Assembly: GCA_963675745.2 (NCBI GenBank) | Contig: CAXXWX010000026.1 | Location: 128,001 to 192,000 of the forward strand | DNA length: 64,000 nucleotides | Source: Phycisphaerae bacterium | Lineage (GTDB): Bacteria > Planctomycetota > Phycisphaerae > UBA1845 > Fen-1342 | Direction of reading: 5' to 3' | In this document: piece by piece, positions 12,401 through 21,161 of the stretch | Numbering within the stretch: the first letter of the stretch is position 1 | Layout of the letters: the number at the start of each line of letters is the position of its first letter | Position numbers and translations under genes: made by a program | The notes under the pieces: model-generated | Told to the model about the DNA's origin: nothing | Databases searched by the model: none | Seen by the model: only the letters and a program-made list of their open reading frames with translations

Positions 12401-14106
12401 CGAGAACTTCGTGATAGTAGCCTTCCGCCTCGGCGTACGCGCCCATGCGCTCGAGCACAAAGGCCATGTTGTTGATCGACGTCAGAGTTCTCGGATGGTC
12501 GTCGCCCAATATACGACGGCGGGTCTGCAACACGTCGCGAAAATACGTCGCGGCCTCTTCATAGCGGCCCATTTTCTCCAAAAGCCAGCCCAGGTTGTTG
12601 ACCGTGGTCAGCGTATTGGGGTGATCCACGCCGAGCACGCGCCGGCAGCCGTCGACCGCCTCACGTTGGTAGTGCTCCGCCTCGCTGTACCTGCCCAGCG
12701 TAACCAGCACACTGCCCAGACTGCTGAGCGTTGCCAGTGTTCCGTAATGCTCGTCGCCAAACACGCGCTGCCTGATTTCCAGGGCCTCGCGGAGATGACG
12801 CTCGGCCTCCGCGTACTTGCCCATCTGGGCCAACAGCAGCCCCATGCCATTGATGATCGTCAACGTGCGCGAATCTTCATCGCCACAGACCTTGCGGAAC
12901 CCGGCCAATGCCTCACGGTAGTACGGCTCGGCTTCCTTGGGCTTTGCGCATGTAGATAAGCGCTGTGCCCATGCTACCGATGGCCTCCAGTGTCCGAGTG
13001 TCTTCCGGGCCCAGGACACGCCGCGCGGTCGCGATGGCCCGTCCATAGACTGTAGCGGCATCCTGGTAGGCGCCCATGTCGAGGAGGATGTCACCCAGGC
13101 CTCTGAGCGCGTTCAACGTGTCTGGGTTGTCGGGGCCAAGCAGTCGGCACCTCGCCGCAAGAGCCGCGCGGGTCAACGCCCCCGCCCGCGCAGCGTCGCC
13201 ATTCTGTTTCGTCGACACCGCCAGGTTGACCAGGCTCACCACCGTATGGGGATGCTCGCCGCCCAGAGACGCCTGCCAGTGCGCCCACGCCTGTCGATAG
13301 AGCACTTCGGCGGCCTCTTCGCCGCCATTTTCCCGCAACAGCGATCCGAGATCGTTGAGTAGTCTGGCCACGTCCGGGTGCTCGTCACCCAGCATGTGGC
13401 GACGGATCGCCAATTGCTGTCCGATTTCCGCCAGTGTCTGGTCCGTTGTTGTCTCTTCTGATTCGGACCTAGCACGGTAGGCGGCGCTCAGGCCGACGCG
13501 CCCTTCAGGCGGGAGTCTCAGTTGATGACGCAAGTCGTCGATCAGCCGCTGAGCGTCGCCGATCTCGAACCAGGTAGCCGGCGCACCGTCAGCATTCGTC
13601 CAACCGGACTGATATCTCTCGCGGATCGCCAGCACACGTTCGGCCAGTTCCAGCGCCTCGGCTAACGCGGCGTCTTGCGCCTCGGTGTCGTCACCTTGAA
13701 GGCCGCTGCGGCGTAGTCCGTCGACGCGTTCCTTGAGTGCATCAACTTCGAGTTTGACATCCTCGGGCAGCTCAGGCCTCGGCAACGCGGCCCCATCGAG
13801 CAGCGCCAGGACTTCCTCCAACGTCGGGATCGGCGCCAATGAGCTGAGAATCTCGTCAGTCGTCGGCGGGCTCAGGCTCTTGATGAACGCATCCAGATCA
13901 AACGCCGCCCCGATCGCCAGCAGCTCCTCTTCACTCATTGACCGCTCAGCGCCCTCTCGAGACGCGGCGGTTTGTTCGGCATCGACGTCACCGTTTCCTC
14001 GGGAGTTCGCTGTCTGGCCACAAGCCGCATGAGCCGTGACCGTTGTCATGGATAGAGCCACCGCCAGGAAGGCGCCGTGCGTGATCCAACTGCTTTTGCG
14101 TCCCAT
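9483..14106 (-). CDS. Exported TPR-CHAT (caspase-like) protease with a PDZ insert, copy 1; split by a +1 frameshift at about 12943-12945
   Basis: ORFs 12913..14187 and 9483..13094 join into a continuous TPR (IYMRK-PKEAEPYYREAL) if one A is removed from CGCAAAGCCC. The likely start is MGRKSSW with a signal peptide. It has 14 x 42-aa TPR, the HFATHG/LSACQT dyad, SLWKVDD and HPYYWSAFVLYG. Confidence 0.88.
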
Positions 14107-14190
14107 GCTTGTTCCCCGATGGTTGATCAACGTTGTTCGTGGTCCGCGTCGTGCCGGTCTCAACTGCGCCCTGGGAGGAATCGACAATCG

Positions 14191-15984
14191 CTACGGCTCC
14201 CTGGGCCGAACCGGCATCGCTATGACTCGCACGGCATCAAACGCGGGGTCGCCGGCGAGTTGCCGCGCGACCGCCTCCATGGCGCCGGGCGCAGTCCGAT
14301 GCTCCATCTCAATGCCGCGATTGCCGGGCTCCTGACGCCAGATGGCCTGGCCGTCCGAAGTCCACACGGTCGGCGTGTTGGCGGCGAATGAACCTGGATT
14401 CGAGCTGCGCCACGCCGCTTCGAGCAATGCGCGGCCCGGCCAGTCCGCGTAGCGCGGCAACGGCTCCCGTGAAGCTACCACTGCGAACGCTTGCAGGCCC
14501 GGCCCGTCGGTCAAGTGATAATGCACGTTTCCGCCGGGATAACGCGCTGCGGCAAGCCGATCCGGCGGAACGCCATCCTGCCGAGGGTACTTGCAGGATA
14601 CGCTGCCGTTCGTGTCAAAGACCAGCAGGTAGTAATAGGCCGGTTGGCTTAACGTTGTTGCAAGCTGGACACCGTCGTCGCCGACGACCGCCCAGGAATC
14701 CACGCCGATCCGGCCGAGCAGTCGGCCGGCGGAATTCGGATCGCGGTAGTCGTCGTAACGATAGTGCTCCAGCGCCAGCGGATCGATGCGCAGGTCGCCG
14801 GCCATCGCGCGTTTGGTCTGGTGACCCTTCATTGGCTCGATGGGCTTTGGCCAGATACCGTTTGCGAATGCGATCATCGCGATCACGGCCGCGGCGATTG
14901 CGCCGATCCAGATCCACGCCCCGCGACGAGGTGGAGCAATTTCCACCGCGGCGCCCCCGGCATTCCGAAGCGCGTCGGCGACGTCCTTCATCGACGGAAA
15001 ACGCTGGCTCTTGTCCTTGGCGATGCAGCGTTTGATGGCCCTGGTCAGTGCCGGTGCCACACCCCGGGTCAGCTCTTGCAGCGCGCGCTGCGGCACCAGT
15101 GACTCGTGCGGCGACACACCGGTGAGCAATTCCGACAGCAGCACGCCTAGCGCGTACTGATCCGCCGCCGGCGTACCGGGCCCCTCGGGGGGGCAGTAGC
15201 CACGCGTGAAGCCGCGCCCGCTGGATTCATCCTCGCTGCGCCGCATGAGCCCGTAGTCGGTCAGTTTCCACGCGCCGCCGTGGCGGATCACGTTGCCGGG
15301 CTTTACATCGGCGTGTACAGCGCCGCACTCGTGCAAATGCGCGAGAGCATCGGCGAGCGCGGCCCCGATCTGGGCCGCTTCGCGGGCCGGCAGGTGTCCG
15401 GCGCGGTTGAGCTTGATGCGCAGCGTCAGCGGCTGATAGTCACCAGGAACCACGACCGGCGAGCTGCCGTTGGCGTTGTCGGCCAGCGGCATGAGGGCGT
15501 AAAGCCAGTCACCGGCCGCCCCGACATCCTCGATGGCCAGCAAATGCGGGTGTTCGCCGACGCGCTGCTTGAGCGTTCGCAGGCCGTCCAACTCGAGTGG
15601 CGTGTCGCGACGGAAGAGCTTGGCCGCGCGAAAGTGCTCGGTGTAAGTGTTCCGCGCCAGCCAGACCTGGCCAAAGCCACCCTTCCCCAACAGACGCAGC
15701 AGCTCGTGGTTCGGAATCTGCACAGGCGGTTCACACGCGGTTTCGGGCTGCACAGCCCCGTCAGAGGCCGGCTGCGGGGAGGTGATCGTCTCGTCTGGCG
15801 CGCCAGGTGATGAAGTCAGCACGGGGTCCAGGTTTGCCCGCCTGGCCACGAAGTCGGCGAAGCCACCATCGAAGCCGCGCCGACAAGCCCGCTCAAAGGC
15901 CTCATGCACCGACTCCAGCCAGCCGCCATCAGTCCGGCGTGATGGCTCGTCGCGCTCCCCGGTATGATTGCTGCTGCTCGCCAT
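14191..15984 (-). CDS. Membrane Ser/Thr protein kinase with a C-terminal extracytoplasmic DUF4384-like domain
   Basis: Kinase motifs are LGKGGFGQVW, AAK, HADVKPGNV, LTDYGL, TRGYCPPE and DQYALG. A TM helix follows (WIWIGAIAAAVIAMIAFA). The ectodomain reads GDDGVQL..LSQPAYYYLLVFDTNGSV...YP...GLQAFAVVASREPL. Confidence 0.9.
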   Translation of the reverse strand: MASSSNHTGERDEPSRRTDGGWLESVHEAFERACRRGFDGGFADFVARRANLDPVLTSSPGAPDETITSPQPASDGAVQPETACEPPVQIPNHELLRLLGKGGFGQVWLARNTYTEHFRAAKLFRRDTPLELDGLRTLKQRVGEHPHLLAIEDVGAAGDWLYALMPLADNANGSSPVVVPGDYQPLTLRIKLNRAGHLPAREAAQIGAALADALAHLHECGAVHADVKPGNVIRHGGAWKLTDYGLMRRSEDESSGRGFTRGYCPPEGPGTPAADQYALGVLLSELLTGVSPHESLVPQRALQELTRGVAPALTRAIKRCIAKDKSQRFPSMKDVADALRNAGGAAVEIAPPRRGAWIWIGAIAAAVIAMIAFANGIWPKPIEPMKGHQTKRAMAGDLRIDPLALEHYRYDDYRDPNSAGRLLGRIGVDSWAVVGDDGVQLATTLSQPAYYYLLVFDTNGSVSCKYPRQDGVPPDRLAAARYPGGNVHYHLTDGPGLQAFAVVASREPLPRYADWPGRALLEAAWRSSNPGSFAANTPTVWTSDGQAIWRQEPGNRGIEMEHRTAPGAMEAVARQLAGDPAFDAVRVIAMPVRPREP

Positions 15985-15987
15985 GGG

Positions 15988-18900
15988 TCACTCCGAATCG
16001 CCGTAGAGGACAAAGGCGGACCAATAGTATGGATGTTCGTAGGGTCGGCGTACACTGGTTGCATCCGGTGCCGCGTGGTGTGTCATCTCTGTCCCACGGT
16101 CGGCAGCCGGGACATTGTCCACCATCGCAAGCGGCCCGGTGCTTTGTAGCTTGCGCACCTCGTCCCGCGTCAGGTGTCGCAGCCAACGCTTGGCCTCATC
16201 CAGCGCGGCCAGTTTTGGCATTGGCGTGCTCGGGACATACGTCCGGCCATGCACTTCACGTGGTTGGCTGTACGTCCCCAGCAGGTTCTCGTAGAACCGC
16301 GTCATCAGCAAGCTCGTCGCGGTGTCATCCACTTTCCAAAGGCTGGCGATCACCGTCTCCGCGCCTGCGGCGAAGAAACCAAGCGGCAAGGTCATCATGC
16401 TGCCACCGCGCTGTACGCCACGGCCGGTATCGCAGGCGCTGAGCACGACCAGCTCGGTGCCGTCGAGACGCCCCAGCCAGCGCTGGAACAACTCGTCGAG
16501 TGTCAGGAAGCCAATGTCGTCCGGCGTCGGCTTGTCGGGACGCGCCAGCGCCAGGCTGGCCTGCTCGGGATGGTCGGCATTGCCCGTGAGCCCGTGCGTG
16601 GCCAAGTGCAAGATGCGCGGCGGCTTTTTGCCGAAGGACACATTGCGCAGGCGCGGGGCCGATGCGGCGCCGCCAAGCAGGGTGACTGGTTCGACGCCAG
16701 CTTGATCCAGAAGCTCCGCAATCGCACCCGCTTCGCGCCGCGTGCCGGGCAGAGGCCTGAGCGACCCGCCGTGCAGGCGGATCTGGTCGAGCGCAGTGGC
16801 GTCGGCCCACTGTTCACTCGGCGCCTGATCGAAGAATGCCATTGAACGCAAGCCGGAGGCGGGCGAAGCCGGCGACGGCACGATTCCCAAGCGTCCGACG
16901 GCCAGGCGCGCTTCGAACGTCTCACCGTCACGCCACACGCCGGCAACAACAGGGCGACTGCTGTCGTCCCGGCTTTCGCCCGCAAAGCGTTTACTCGCGG
17001 CTGCAATGGCCGGGCCCAAGTCAGCGACGCTGCGCAGCGATTGCTCGGCATAGCTGAGCAGCACATCACCACGCCGCAGGCCGCCAGCAGCGGCATTGGA
17101 GCCGCGCTGCACCATCGCCAGCAGCACGCCACCCTCCGGATATTTCGGCTCAGCGACTCCGCCGCCGCCGAAATCGGGATCGCCTATCACAACTGCCCGC
17201 GCCGCGACCGCCCGCGCCCGCGCGGCGGCCCGGCGACGATCCATGGCGACGGTCGCCGATGGTGCGTATGCAATCGGCTTGTCCTCGGTCAGAAGTTCGA
17301 ACGGGATACCGTGCAGCGGCCCATCCGGGACAACGATCAACGTTGCGGCGTCGGCGATCGTGGCCTGCAACATTGCCGGTAGCAACGCCTCTCGCAGCTC
17401 AGCAACCGATGTCGGATTCAAAACCCGCGCTGTGCTCGGGCGCTTGGCAAGCGGTTCTCGGAGCCGCATAACCAGCTTCTCCAGCCGCTGGACCTCTTGC
17501 GGGCCCTTGGACAAGCGCCAACCCTGCACGCCGTTCCGATCGGCCGCAAGAACCGCCACGAGGTCGTCGGTCCAAATGATTGACAGCAGCATCTCGCCGG
17601 TTGCCAGAGCCGATTGAATCTCTGACACCTGCAACGGCTCAGCGGCCGGGATCAGATGTCGAATCTCGGCGAAGACTGCGGCGGCCTTTTCGCCGAGTTG
17701 GCGACGCAGGCTCGTCACCCGCGCATCCGCTTCCGTGATAAGTTGATCGAACTCGGCGACTTTGGTCGCGCGCTCGGTATCGGTCAGCGATTCGAGCGCT
17801 TCACAGGCTTTGCGCTGTCCGCGCAGGACCGGCAGGCGCCATTCAGCGGCGCGCACAGCCGTCTGCGCCGCGGCCTCAGCTTTCAGAGCCTGTTCGAGCC
17901 GCGCCGCGGCTCCGGTGTCACTGTTCGCGCGGGCCGCGCCGATCAGGTCCGGCTCTTCGCGCGATAGCAGGTCCAATGCCGCCCGCGCGCGGCCCCGCTC
18001 AGCGACCGCCAACGCTTCCACGAAACGCTTGTCCTCAATCAGCAGATCGCAATAGGCCGCCGCGATGGCGGAGAGGCGCAGCCGGCCCGCGAAAGCCGCC
18101 CGCTCCTGCAACCCGCCGACGACATCGACGCGCAGGCGCTCCGCCGCGGCCAGCGTCTCCCGATAGAGCGGCTCGGCATCCGCCAGCCGGCCCTGCGCCG
18201 CCAGCGTGCGGCCCAGGCTGTTGATGGTCGCGAGCGTTCGTGGGTGCTCAGCGCCCAGCGCGCGACGACTTATTTCCGCCACACGCCGCAAGCAACGCTC
18301 GGCCTCCGCCGGTTTGTGCTGTGCGAAAAGCAGGGCGCCCATGTTGTTGAGCGCAGCAAGCGCGGCGGGATGTTCCTCGCCCAGCACGCGGCGGGTGCCC
18401 TCCAGGGCCTGTCGATAGTACGGCTCCGCCTCCGCCAACCGGCCCTGCAATTCGAGCAAAACGCCCATGTCGTCCAGCGAGCGCAGCGTCTCCGGGTGAT
18501 CCACGCCCAGAACGCGCTTGCGGCCCTCCAACGCCTGCCGCAGGTACGGCTCGGCCTCGGACAGTCGACCACGCTCCGCCAGCAAGATCCCCATGTTCTG
18601 GAGCGAAGCCAGCGTGTCAGGGTGCTCGTCACCCAGCGCGTATTGCCGGTCCTCGAGCGCCTGCAGCAAATACATTTCCGCCTCGGTATAACGCCCCTGT
18701 TCCTGAAGCAGAGCGCCCACACTGCTGATTGCGCTGAGGGTGTCAGGGTGGCTATCGCCCAAAACGCGGCGGCGGCCTTCCAGCACCTGTCGCCAGTACG
18801 GTTCCGCCTCGGACAGTTGGCCCCGGGCCTGGAACAGGTACCCCATCCACGCAATCGAGCTCAGCGTGTCCAGATGCTCCGCGCCCAGTACGCGGCTGCG

Positions 18901-20457
18901 GAGATCCAGCGCCTGCCGCAAATACGGCTCGGCCTCGGACAGCCATCCCTGCTTCGCGAGCAGGGCCCCCATGTTGCTGATCAGCGTCAACGTGCTCGGG
19001 TGCTCCGCGCCGTAGACGCGCTGATGACCCTCCAGCGCCTGCCGGTAATAAGGCTCAGCCTCGGCAAGCCGGCCCTGCGCGACGAGCAAAAGGCCCATCC
19101 TGTTCATCGATTCCAGCGTCTCTGGGTGATCGGCGCCAAGTACATGCAGTTGGCCGTCCAGCGCCTGTCGGCAATACGCCTCGGCTTCGGGCAGGCGACC
19201 TTGTGATCGAAGCAGAGAACCCATTCTGCTCAGCGACATCAGCGTTTCCGGGTGGTTCGCACCCAGAGTGCGGCGACGGCCCTCCAACGCACGCCGATAG
19301 TACTGCTCGGCTTCCACAAGTTGGCCCTGCGCCTCGAACAGACTGCCCAGATTGTTGCAGCTGGTCAGCGTATTGGGGTGATCCTCGCCCAGCAAACGTT
19401 GCTGGCCCTCCAGTGCCAGCCGCCAGTAGTGCCCGGCTTCGGCCAGCCGACCCTGGGCATGAAGCAGCACGCCCATGTTGTTAACCGCAGTCAGGGTGCT
19501 TGCGTGATCCTCGCCCAGCACACGGCGGCGCCCTTCCAGTGTCTGCCGATAGTATGGCTCGGCCTCACCGAGCCGACGCTGCTCCATAAGCAGGATGCCC
19601 AGGTTGCTGGCGGCGGTCAGTGTTTCCGGGTGTTCCGCGCCCAGCACGCGGCAATAGCCCTCCAGTGCCTGCCGATAGTATGGCTCAGCCTCGCACAGGC
19701 GCCTCTGCGATCGAAGCAGGCGCGCCAGCCAGGCAATCGAGTTCAGCGTTTCCGGGTGTTCCGCCCCCAGTGTGCGACGATAGCCCTCCAGTGCCTGCCG
19801 CCAATACTGCTCGGCCTGCGCCAGTTGGCCTTGGGACTGAAGCAGGCAACCGACCCAGGACTGCGCGCTGAGTGTGTCCAGTTGCTCTTCGCCAAGTGTA
19901 CGACGGCAGATGCTGAGTTTGCGCTTGGCCAGCGCCAGGGCTTGGGCATGCTCCCGGGCAGCGTAGAGGCGGGCGAGTTCGGCCTCCGCCCCATCGAGCG
20001 AGGCGATCTCAGCCCGGGAACCGGCATCGAGCGCGCGTAACCGACGCAAGCGTTCGAGCTTCCTTGTCGCGTGAACTACCTCGTACCACACGCTCGGTTC
20101 ACCGGACGTTTCGCGCCAACGAACCACCTCCAGCGTGTTTCCCTGATGCTTCTCACGCAGCCCTAGCACGCGTTCGGCAAGCCGGATTGCCTCATCGAGC
20201 GCGGCATCCTGCTTCACCGTCGACTCCATCGTCAGCCCGTGCTTCTCCAAATCAGCGACCCGCTGCTCCAATCCGGCCACCTCCGCCGCGAGTTCTTCCG
20301 GCAATGTCGGGCGCGTAATTTCGAGTGGGCGGAGTTCCGCCGGTGGCCGGTTGGGGTCGGGCGTCGCTGTGGCAATGCTTGGCTGAGCAACGCAAGCCAG
20401 CAAAGCAGCGATCAGCATCGCTGATTCACTCAATCGGAGTGGGATGGCTGAGAGCAT
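15988..20457 (-). CDS. Exported TPR-CHAT (caspase-like) protease with a PDZ insert, copy 2
   Basis: It has a signal peptide-like N-terminus (the start could be the second Met, MLIAALLACVAQPSIA), 14 x 42-aa TPR, LIVVPDGPLHGIPFE, the HLATHG/LSACDT dyad and HPYYWSAFVLYG. Its stop lies 3 nt from the kinase ATG. Confidence 0.92.
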   Translation of the reverse strand: MLSAIPLRLSESAMLIAALLACVAQPSIATATPDPNRPPAELRPLEITRPTLPEELAAEVAGLEQRVADLEKHGLTMESTVKQDAALDEAIRLAERVLGLREKHQGNTLEVVRWRETSGEPSVWYEVVHATRKLERLRRLRALDAGSRAEIASLDGAEAELARLYAAREHAQALALAKRKLSICRRTLGEEQLDTLSAQSWVGCLLQSQGQLAQAEQYWRQALEGYRRTLGAEHPETLNSIAWLARLLRSQRRLCEAEPYYRQALEGYCRVLGAEHPETLTAASNLGILLMEQRRLGEAEPYYRQTLEGRRRVLGEDHASTLTAVNNMGVLLHAQGRLAEAGHYWRLALEGQQRLLGEDHPNTLTSCNNLGSLFEAQGQLVEAEQYYRRALEGRRRTLGANHPETLMSLSRMGSLLRSQGRLPEAEAYCRQALDGQLHVLGADHPETLESMNRMGLLLVAQGRLAEAEPYYRQALEGHQRVYGAEHPSTLTLISNMGALLAKQGWLSEAEPYLRQALDLRSRVLGAEHLDTLSSIAWMGYLFQARGQLSEAEPYWRQVLEGRRRVLGDSHPDTLSAISSVGALLQEQGRYTEAEMYLLQALEDRQYALGDEHPDTLASLQNMGILLAERGRLSEAEPYLRQALEGRKRVLGVDHPETLRSLDDMGVLLELQGRLAEAEPYYRQALEGTRRVLGEEHPAALAALNNMGALLFAQHKPAEAERCLRRVAEISRRALGAEHPRTLATINSLGRTLAAQGRLADAEPLYRETLAAAERLRVDVVGGLQERAAFAGRLRLSAIAAAYCDLLIEDKRFVEALAVAERGRARAALDLLSREEPDLIGAARANSDTGAAARLEQALKAEAAAQTAVRAAEWRLPVLRGQRKACEALESLTDTERATKVAEFDQLITEADARVTSLRRQLGEKAAAVFAEIRHLIPAAEPLQVSEIQSALATGEMLLSIIWTDDLVAVLAADRNGVQGWRLSKGPQEVQRLEKLVMRLREPLAKRPSTARVLNPTSVAELREALLPAMLQATIADAATLIVVPDGPLHGIPFELLTEDKPIAYAPSATVAMDRRRAAARARAVAARAVVIGDPDFGGGGVAEPKYPEGGVLLAMVQRGSNAAAGGLRRGDVLLSYAEQSLRSVADLGPAIAAASKRFAGESRDDSSRPVVAGVWRDGETFEARLAVGRLGIVPSPASPASGLRSMAFFDQAPSEQWADATALDQIRLHGGSLRPLPGTRREAGAIAELLDQAGVEPVTLLGGAASAPRLRNVSFGKKPPRILHLATHGLTGNADHPEQASLALARPDKPTPDDIGFLTLDELFQRWLGRLDGTELVVLSACDTGRGVQRGGSMMTLPLGFFAAGAETVIASLWKVDDTATSLLMTRFYENLLGTYSQPREVHGRTYVPSTPMPKLAALDEAKRWLRHLTRDEVRKLQSTGPLAMVDNVPAADRGTEMTHHAAPDATSVRRPYEHPYYWSAFVLYGDSE

Positions 20458-20576
20458 TGCCCGGACCCTCCCGAAAATGGTCCTTGCGAGATATGTGCAC
20501 TCCCCAGCAGAGTTACTATGGCAGCGCGATGCGGCCGCGCCAAGTGAAACGCCGGAATCAGGCCGCGCGCGGGCGC

Positions 20577-20608
20577 GGCACGACGCCCCCCCCCTGAGCC
20601 GTCGTGCC
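20577..20608 (-). terminator. Hairpin just downstream of the 31-aa small ORF
   Basis: GGCACGACG...CGTCGTGCC is a 9-bp perfect stem with a G-rich loop, 26 nt after the small-ORF stop. There is no U tail. Confidence 0.35.
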
Positions 20609-20634
20609 TGCGCCGCGTGGAACGTGTTCGCCGA

Positions 20635-20730
20635 CTACACGGAAAAGACTTCCCAGAGTCTGGTGAGGATCGCCGACACGAACTCGCCCGCGTTGTAGAG
20701 CAACGGCTGAATGAAGGCCTGCTGATACAT
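20635..20730 (-). CDS. Putative 31-aa peptide MYQQAFIQPLLYNAGEFVSAILTRLWEVFSV (below the ORF-track cutoff)
   Basis: A GAGGAG Shine-Dalgarno lies 7 nt before the ATG. The composition is protein-like rather than Arg/Pro/Ala-rich, a hairpin follows the stop, and it is co-oriented with the cluster. Confidence 0.6.
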   Translation of the reverse strand: MYQQAFIQPLLYNAGEFVSAILTRLWEVFSV

Positions 20731-20857
20731 GTGCAATCTCCTCATGGCACGCGTGGCCAGGCGATGAATCCGGACGATCCGAATTCCTGCTCACGGTCGC
20801 CTGCTTACCGTGGCGGGCGGTCGCGATTGTGTTGCTCAAGCAACCGCCTGCCTTTCA

Positions 20858-20910
20858 CCCCTTCATGCGTAATTGCGGGCGGACATTGCGGAAAACTCCT
20901 GTTTTTTTTC
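20858..20910 (-). promoter_or_regulatory. Candidate alternative-sigma (ECF-type) promoter upstream of the peptide/CHAT genes
   Basis: The minus strand shows an A-tract (A8) then TTTTCCGC-AATGTCCGCCCGCAAT-TACGCATGAA, a bipartite non-sigma70 arrangement. The assignment is inference only. Confidence 0.3.
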
Positions 20911-21161
20911 TGAGAGAGGAACGGAAGCCGACATGGACGACGTACTAACGGGCTTCAGGAGAGTCTGTTGCTCAGAAGTGTGCCACGGCTCTGTGAGCCG
21001 TGCGTTTTGCGGCAAGGCGGTACTGCTCAAGAGCACTCCACCCGTTTCATGACGACGGCCTGCGAGGCGCAGGCCGCTACTGTGCCATACGCGCAAGACA
21101 ATCGCATCGGAGACGGCGCTAGTGCGTAAGACGCCAGGGTTGCGCCGGGGAACCCACGTGA

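Noticed and set aside
12940..12950. Programmed ribosomal frameshift in CHAT1
   Set aside because: It needs a +1 shift at a 3-base run with no canonical slippery heptamer. Similar errors elsewhere in the window favour an artefact.
20586..20909. Phase variation at the C9 and T8 homopolymers
   Set aside because: The tracts are short and non-coding, and a single sequence gives no evidence of length variation.
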